Assembly: GCA_965203295.1 (NCBI GenBank)
Contig: CBDBCZ010000017.1
Span: forward strand, 288,001-352,000
Direction: 5' to 3'
From: Nitrospirales bacterium
Lineage (GTDB): Bacteria > Nitrospirota > Nitrospiria > Nitrospirales > UBA8639
Length of the DNA stretch: 64,000 nt
Part shown: piece by piece, positions 53,194 through 64,000 of the stretch
Position numbering within the stretch: the stretch's first letter is position 1
Layout: every line of letters starts with the position of its first letter
The notes under the pieces: model-generated
The model's database searches: none
Seen by the model: only the letters and a program-made list of their open reading frames with translations
Told to the model about the DNA's origin: nothing
Program-made: the position numbers and the translations under genes

Positions 53194-53729
53194 TTGGTAT
53201 TATTTCTGCACAGTATGAACTTAAATCTTTTCTGCCTATTGTAATTATAAGAGCCGGAATTGAGTATTAAAGATGCAGGCAACATGTAGTTTCACAGCAC
53301 TCTGCTTTTTTTTATTGGTACATATACAAGCTTGGTGGAAAACTATTATAAATACATTTTGCATGATTGTATATTGTATATAAAAGCGACTTGAATTGTA
53401 TGCTTCTATAATAGTTACTGTTCATGCATACTTGGCTATTCTTACCACCGTACGCTACTGTGTTTTTAACCTCGTCGTAAATTACCCTACGATTATAATT
53501 ACCCTATGTCATCAGTACTGCAAAAATGCGCACTTTTCGAATAGAATGACCGGTCATTATACTCCCGAGTTTACGGTATAGTATCTACGTTGTAAAAATA
53601 TACATGTATAATTATGTATACTATAAAAAATATGATTCAATACATCCAATCATTTCAATAAAGCATAACCTTGCCGAACATTATTTTACACAAATTTAAA
53701 CAACAATAATGGTTCCTAGTAACTGTTTA

Positions 53730-56342
53730 TCAGGACGATGCATATCGCTGCTTTAAAAGCAGTGCCACACAAGCGATAGAAGCACCAAGAACGACACCAT
53801 GAATAAGCCCAGTGATATATCTGTTCCTCTGAGCCTGGGCCAGGAGCTTATGCAGATAGCTCTGTATATAAAGGCAGAAGAATTAATGTGCCATAATAAT
53901 GTGTGAGAAACTATAAAAATTGATTGAATGCATTGCTATACTAGCTACATGAAGACAAAACTCACTAATTCCACTATAGGTAAAAAGGCGATTAAAATGA
54001 GAGTTTAGTTTTAGTTTTCGTTAGCCGACTAAAATGAAAAATGGTTACTAAAACACTTTTGGTATTAGTTAAATTGGCTGATTTTGGCGAAAAGAACTAC
54101 TCAGTTGTACTTGTATATAGTTTATTCCCACCCTTTAAGTTCTAGTTCAGTTAGACTAAATTTCTTAGTTTTAGATATCTAAAACAACACTACTGCATGA
54201 CAACACCAGGAACCCCACAGCCTATACGATCCAGGACTATAAGAACATGACAGTTCTTTGCGTGTACAACTGCTTACCCAGCCTCCAAGAGACTCCAACC
54301 AGGGGAAGAATCCCGAGGATGCGAGGAACTTGATCAGATAGCCCACTACTCTGCTCATGAATCCCATGAACAGACTGAGAGCATGCTTCTTGATGAAGGC
54401 AGCACAGAGCTCGTAGCCGAGGATGAACAGCACTTCCACCCTGCCTGGAGACATTATGGTAGCTATGTGGAGGAGCAGATATATACATACAACCCAATTC
54501 CAATGTTGTACTATAGCCCTTTTTCCTCATCATGCCACCGCTACGCGCAAGTAACAAAAGCATATTTTATCAGTCTATGCACACTGATAATGTAAAACTT
54601 AGTACCATATATAAGTGGGTATTCGCGTATGTACACAATTGCTTAGCACTAATCCCAGGCTCGCTGTCCTAGTCTGTAACCTGGAACTGAGGCTAAATCT
54701 CTTGAGAGAAAAAACATGTTCAGCATGCTTTGGAAGCAGGCTTAGCAATGGACTTAATAGCAAATGTTTTTGGAAGTAAACGCACTTTGCTCAATTATCA
54801 AGTTGAGATTTGGATATAATAGTCATTTGTAATTAAATAGCTGCATGTCCATGTTCAATCAACTTACGCATGCCATCTTGATCGCACTCGAGCACCAGTG
54901 ACACAATCTTCTGGAACTCTTGCAGCGCCGTGTCGGTGGCCACACTACTGTCTGTTTCCTCCACTGAGGACTCAACCCATTCGTTCACTTGAGGATCATC
55001 GCGGATCTGCTGCCTGATTTCATCGAGTTTGTCACCCCAGATCCTTCCTCTAAAGGATTCAAAGAACATTATCGCTCACATCCTATAGTTGTAGTTTTGA
55101 CTCAAATCATATTAATTGAAACCTGTAGAGTCCTGCATGCTCCCATAGTTTTGAGGACCTGGTAGCTGTGGTATTACAGACACATTCTTAGCTAGTGTAC
55201 CATACATTGCAAGTAAGCCCTTAATTCAAAAATAATTGCAAGTAAGTCAATTAAAGTTTCCCCTGCCGAAAATCATCTAGTGTAGTACGTGAAGTAGCAA
55301 AAACATGACATAAGTGTGAAGAAGACATACTCAAGTGGACACTGGAAGTAGCACATGAATATAGTTATGTTCTCACTGTATGTTGCATTTCTTGACACTA
55401 TACTTTCACTTAATTAAATTTAATTGGCAGAAATTTTGGGGGAAAAGCTGGAATGTTTGTGGGGGAACCGTTGCATTGCTAAGTGTCTGTACTTCCCAAC
55501 GATATCCAAATCCTAGCGTTTGGAGAGTGTTTGGCGTCCTTACACCGAAAAAAGACAAAATCCACTGTCCGATTATAGAGAGGGTGACACGGCTCTACAT
55601 TCAATAGCACCCCTCCGTGCTCAAAGCAGCTACGATGCCGAAAAGTTGGCGTGCAGCCAACATGGTAGTGGGGCTTCCCAATAATGAAGAAAGACACCGA
55701 AAGTTGCTTCAGGGAGGAAACACGGAACGGTGTCCGACAATACATACTTTTGTCCGATCATAGCTGTGTCCGAATTTTAACTTTGGAAGGCTATAGCTCC
55801 AGAACCAAGCAATGGAGGAACACCAAACTTTCAATTGGAAGTGCGAAGGGTCTGTACTATTGACCAAAGGCCATGCCCACTTCCGGTAATTTTCAGATCA
55901 TCAGTGGTTTACTCTAATACAGTTAGCCTGCTTCAGCCTCTGGACTTCCAGGCGCATTATTGCACATATAAGACATCCCTGCACATTGTGTATCACTAGC
56001 ACTTTAATATATAAAGTACGTATGCATGGGCTTTCTTTTGTCTCCTTGGGCAGTAAAGTGGCTCACTCTTTTACTCTCAATCCCACACCTCCAGAAACCT
56101 TACTTTTCGCCAACTTGAAACGCGTCTTCTTCTTGCTTGTTCTGTGTTTCAGGCTCAAGCTGGAAGGCTTGCCTCTGTTCGGGAGTGAGGGTCGGATCGC
56201 TGCGAGCTGAATCGCTGGCACTGCCTAAGAACGCCACGGTAGTAGCTCTCTCGTCTGTCTCGCTGATCCCCAGCTCTTCCGCCTTCGGGAGCGTGAGGTA
56301 CACGTTCCCCGAGCCGTGTACGTTCACAGTAAGTTGGGCCAT
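53730..56342 (-). CDS. Bcl-2 family (Bak/Bax-like) protein a, 245 aa; exons 56342-56104, 55049-54868, 54462-54278, 53861-53730
   Basis: BH3-like VGEKGRIWGDKLD, BH1-like MSPGRVEVLFILG, BH2 WLESLGGW, C-terminal TM ITGLIHGVVLGASIACVALLL followed by KQR; phases 2,1,0 are consistent. Confidence 0.85.
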
Positions 56343-56507
56343 ACTCTGACACTACAAATCAATGTTATTAGCCACACCTACTTAGCTGATTCAGCAAATT
56401 CTTTAGCCACACCTACATAGCTGATTCAGCAAATTTTCGAGGGCGTGGTCTATGCACTCTACTTATATATCTTATCTATGGTCTATGTTGACGGAATAAG
56501 TATCGCG
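56343..56507. promoter_or_regulatory. 165-bp bidirectional promoter with a 33-bp direct repeat
   Basis: Divergent ATGs at 56342 and 56508; TTAGCCACACCTAC(T/A)TAGCTGATTCAGCAAATT at 56368 and 56403; GC-box-like GAGGGCGTGG. Confidence 0.75.
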
Positions 56508-59264
56508 ATGTCGGTTCAGCTAGATGTGAGCACACACGGCTTTAGCAGCAGCTTCTCACTTGACCTTCCGTCCGCCAGAGAACTTGGGGTCAGCGAGGAC
56601 GAAGAGAGAGCTACGGCGGCCGCTATTCTGGGGTGCGTCGGTGAATCCGCGCGCAAAGACGCCACGCTGACTGAAGAGCAGTCCAGTGCGTTGCAACTGC
56701 AACCGTCGACGAAGTCTGAGGAGGAAGACACCGCGGTTCTAGTGGGGCGAACGTAAGCTGAGTTCCCAGTAAATCAGTATAGCAAAGACTGAATCAATCA
56801 CGGCAGTATAAAATAGACCTGAAACAATTAAGAGAACTAATAATGCTGACAGAACCGTAGATAGTAGAGTAATCCTTCTACTCTACTATCTATGACAGAT
56901 TAACCAAGTGGGTGATCAAACATGAAATCCACTCTAGCTATAACTACAACCCACATTTATGATTATTACAGCTACGCACTAGCTACTATTACAGTTGCAC
57001 CATGGGTCTGGCACATTATGCCAGTACGTATGCATGACTACCTTAGTCTGGCCTATCCAAAACAGCTGTTTTGGTAACTAGATCTACAGTGACTATAGCG
57101 CTACTATAAACAATAATAAGCTCTATTATCTATGGCACTACCCGCTTTCAAGCCAAGAGCTAGCTAATCTTGTGTGTTGAAAAAAATGCAGTGCTCTGTG
57201 CTGCCGTTGCAAGGCCAGATCACTCATAATGCTTCCGTTCTAGGGTTGTATAACTGAATGGTCAAGCCTCTCACGATGTAGCACCAGTAAGTGGCTAGTA
57301 TAATTTTCATGTGTACTCATTTCATGGCAGGATTGTTAACTGGGCTGAAGAAATAGACCAACGATTGTCAGGAGATGAACTTGTCAGAGGCCTGGTTGAT
57401 TCATGTGTTAGTGAGACAGACAGTGGGAGAGCGTCACATCAAACGTTTCAGATATTTCAGAAAATTGTCAGAATTGTTTTGGAGTGTGATCAGAATGGAC
57501 TAGGTGAGTTCTTGCATTACAGTCAACAGATTCAATTACCAGCTATGCACCTTCTACTATTAACACTGCATTTTATTTGGTCTGCAAAAAAAAATGATCC
57601 AACCAGCCTATAATTTCTACACAGCGATTTTTCATGCGTGGAAAACCAAGAGAGACACGTAAACAGCGAACTCTTCTATATAGGTTGTTGATCGGAGTTC
57701 TCTTTCTATATACCAACCACAAATTGGCTTCACATACTTCATTTGATGATGAAGTTTGTGCAATTTGTGGTTGGTCAGTAGAAAGAGAATTCCCATCAAC
57801 ATGAATACCGAGAAACAACCGAGATCCTCTTTGAAGTCTTCTCAAAGGTTGTTACTATAGTAACAAGGTATAGTCTTTTTCCTTACAGCATGGCAAGAAT
57901 CTCATAGAGTGTAGGAAGCTGAAGATGTGCATATACTATGTAATAGTTAAAGGTCAGTTAGGGTGAGGGGAATTTAAAGTCCGAGGCAAAGCCGAGGAGT
58001 TTAACCCCTCACCCAAACTGACCTTTAACTGATTTAATGTACATTGGTATAGCAATGATCCCTGTATGTGGCCTCCTTTGAGCACTATAAGTGTGGGGAA
58101 AAGTGGTTGCCATGGTAATGTACATTAAAAATGGCTCAGAGCAGGAGTTCTAACTAGACCTCTGCTCTCAGCCTAGTTAGAACATATAGCTGCCATCCTC
58201 CAAGCTATATTATAATAGCTACCGTACCTATAGCCTAGAACCCAGCCGTCCCAGCTGCAAGCGGGAAAAAAAGCTGGGTTTGAGGCTATCTGTACATGTG
58301 TAGGATAATAAGTACACCACTGAAAGTAAGTACCCAAAGAATACACGTAATTGAATCAATTACAACAAGAAAGCACCAATACAAGACTTAGAAAGAATGT
58401 GTATCACCGTAATTTCTCCCATGCATGCATCAGCCACTAAGATGACATACGGCAGACTGGCAGCACTGTTTGGTCTAGGCTACATGCTCTGCAAGGCGTT
58501 CGTGAAGACACACTCTGTGCAACTTGTGTGTGACTTTGTGAAGCAAGTGATTGGTTATGTCATCAGATTTCTTGCAGAATCGAGGTTCTTTTCATGGTTG
58601 AAAGTACAGGGAGGCTGGGTAAGTATGAACTTTTAGGTGGCCGTCTTTTCTGAGTGATGCATGTATTGAAACTCAATTAATGCGTGCGTGGGACTCTTTT
58701 CACTGGCACGTTCATGTCAACATAATGCCCTTCACTTAAAGTGAAAAGTTTGATGTTACAGTAGTTAATAGCAGAGTAGCTATATACACAATTATAAACT
58801 GATTTTTATCTGTAGCTGAGTGTAGCTGCTGTATGCACGTTAAAGGAAGTGTATGGTCTCCTGATTTCCTACAACACATACGGTAATCATGTGCAGTGTT
58901 AGTCACGCTGGCCCGCGAGACTATTGCAGTGTAATATGATCATCGTAGTTTAATCGTTCCTTTCCAATTTAATCTTCATAATTCTTCCTTTCCAATTTAA
59001 TCTTCATAATTCTTCCTTTCCAATTTAATCTTCATAATTCTTCCTTTCCAATTTAATCTTCATAATTCTTCCTTTCCAATTTAATCTTCATAATTCTTCC
59101 TTTCCAATTTAATCTTCATAATTCTTCCTTTCTATTTTCAGGGTACTCTTCTGAAGTCATCTCTGGCTACTGCTAGAACTAACAACTATGTTGCTGTAGC
59201 TGGTGCAGTAACAGTCGTAGTTGGGTTTGTGCTTCTTGCAGTAGGCTACTGCAAGTGTAAATGA
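56508..59264 (+). CDS. Bcl-2 family protein b, 241 aa; exons 56508-56752, 57331-57503, 58434-58618, 59142-59264
   Basis: BH3-like VGRTIVNWAEEID, BH1-like MTYGRLAALFGLG, BH2 WLKVQGGW, TM YVAVAGAVTVVVGFVLLAVGY followed by CKCK; same intron positions as gene a. Confidence 0.85.
58956..59132. repeat. 28-bp minisatellite, ~6 copies, forming the pyrimidine tract of gene b's last intron
   Basis: TTCCTTTCCAATTTAATCTTCATAATTC repeated up to TATTTTCAG. Confidence 0.95.
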
Positions 59265-59668
59265 TGTGCCTAGCTTGTTATGGCCATATATCAACTCATC
59301 ATATCATCCTGTGTGTATATACATGACATGTATCTATATATAATATTGTTATAGCTAACTTCATGTTTTTTACTACTATTATTTTTGTACATGATATTGT
59401 ACTGTCTCATAGCCCATTTTTGTCTTGCTGCCCCTGTGGTGTGACGTAAAAATGTTTATCTATCTAATGGTGACTGATTATCTATCTATCTATTATTGTT
59501 TATTTATCTCATAACATTGTATACTAGTACCACACAGGTAGCTAATGACAGCTAGCTGAAATAAGTTTTTCATTTATATGCTTGTCAATACAGATAGGGA
59601 TTTTTCTCTGATTACCAATACCGCACCGTGCAAGTTATGACGTAAGTTGTTGACGTTTAGCACTCGGG

Positions 59669-59678
59669 GGGAATTCCC
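59669..59678. promoter_or_regulatory. Palindromic NF-kB consensus site ~100 bp upstream of gene c ATG, with CRE-like TGACGT sites alongside
   Basis: GGGAATTCCC matches GGGRNWYYCC; TGACGTAA at 59638 and TGACGT at 59651. Confidence 0.55.
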
Positions 59679-59770
59679 TGGGTCCTCCCCTTCCTTCTTA
59701 ACAAACAGTGTGCATTTATTAGAGTTTTTACCGACTTATAATAGTGCTACCTGAAAAGTGCTGTAAAGAT

Positions 59771-63688
<3,918 letters not shown>

Positions 63689-64000
63689 CACATTTGACAG
63701 GCCACTTTTCTGCTTCTGTTGTACATACACATGTATTATATTTCACGCCCAATGAACCTAAAGTCATGCTAAAAATTGAGATCTGGGGGTTTTTGTTTTA
63801 AGCTCTCAGTATAATAACAGTCAGATCACCTTTCTGTACAATGTCATGCATAATAATTGTGGCTTTTTTTTTTTGGTTTTTTTTTATCGCATCATAATTT
63901 TCACCATTGTCAGTGTTCTATGTGTACATGTATATTTATATGTGTACATGTATATTTATATGTTCAGAGACACAATCATGCTATCAAATGAACAAGCCTT

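Overview
Intron-rich, AT-rich animal DNA. The repeat landscape and gene content suggest an invertebrate, possibly a demosponge (inference only). Left (1-18 kb): a near-identical ~7.5 kb direct duplication. Each copy carries two paralogous 3-exon genes (A, B; four genes in all) in which a mitochondrial-presequence-like exon is spliced to a ~220-aa beta-rich domain resembling uncharacterised bacterial proteins. Middle: MRPL23 (minus, 4 exons) lies head-to-head with a ~26.5 kb multi-exon gene encoding WD40-like + RCC1-repeat + C-terminal Zn-finger regions (claret-like). One intron of that gene appears to hold a nested antisense gene for a small Cys-rich protein. Right (52-64 kb): three intact and one broken divergent Bcl-2/Bak-like genes with non-canonical BH1/BH3 motifs; two share a 165-bp bidirectional promoter and one has a perfect NF-kB site upstream. 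Introns hold many MITEs, fold-back hairpins, mini/microsatellites, a tRNA-derived SINE and LINE/HIRAN remnants. All exon models were built by eye from GT-AG sites and phase continuity; no database searches were run.
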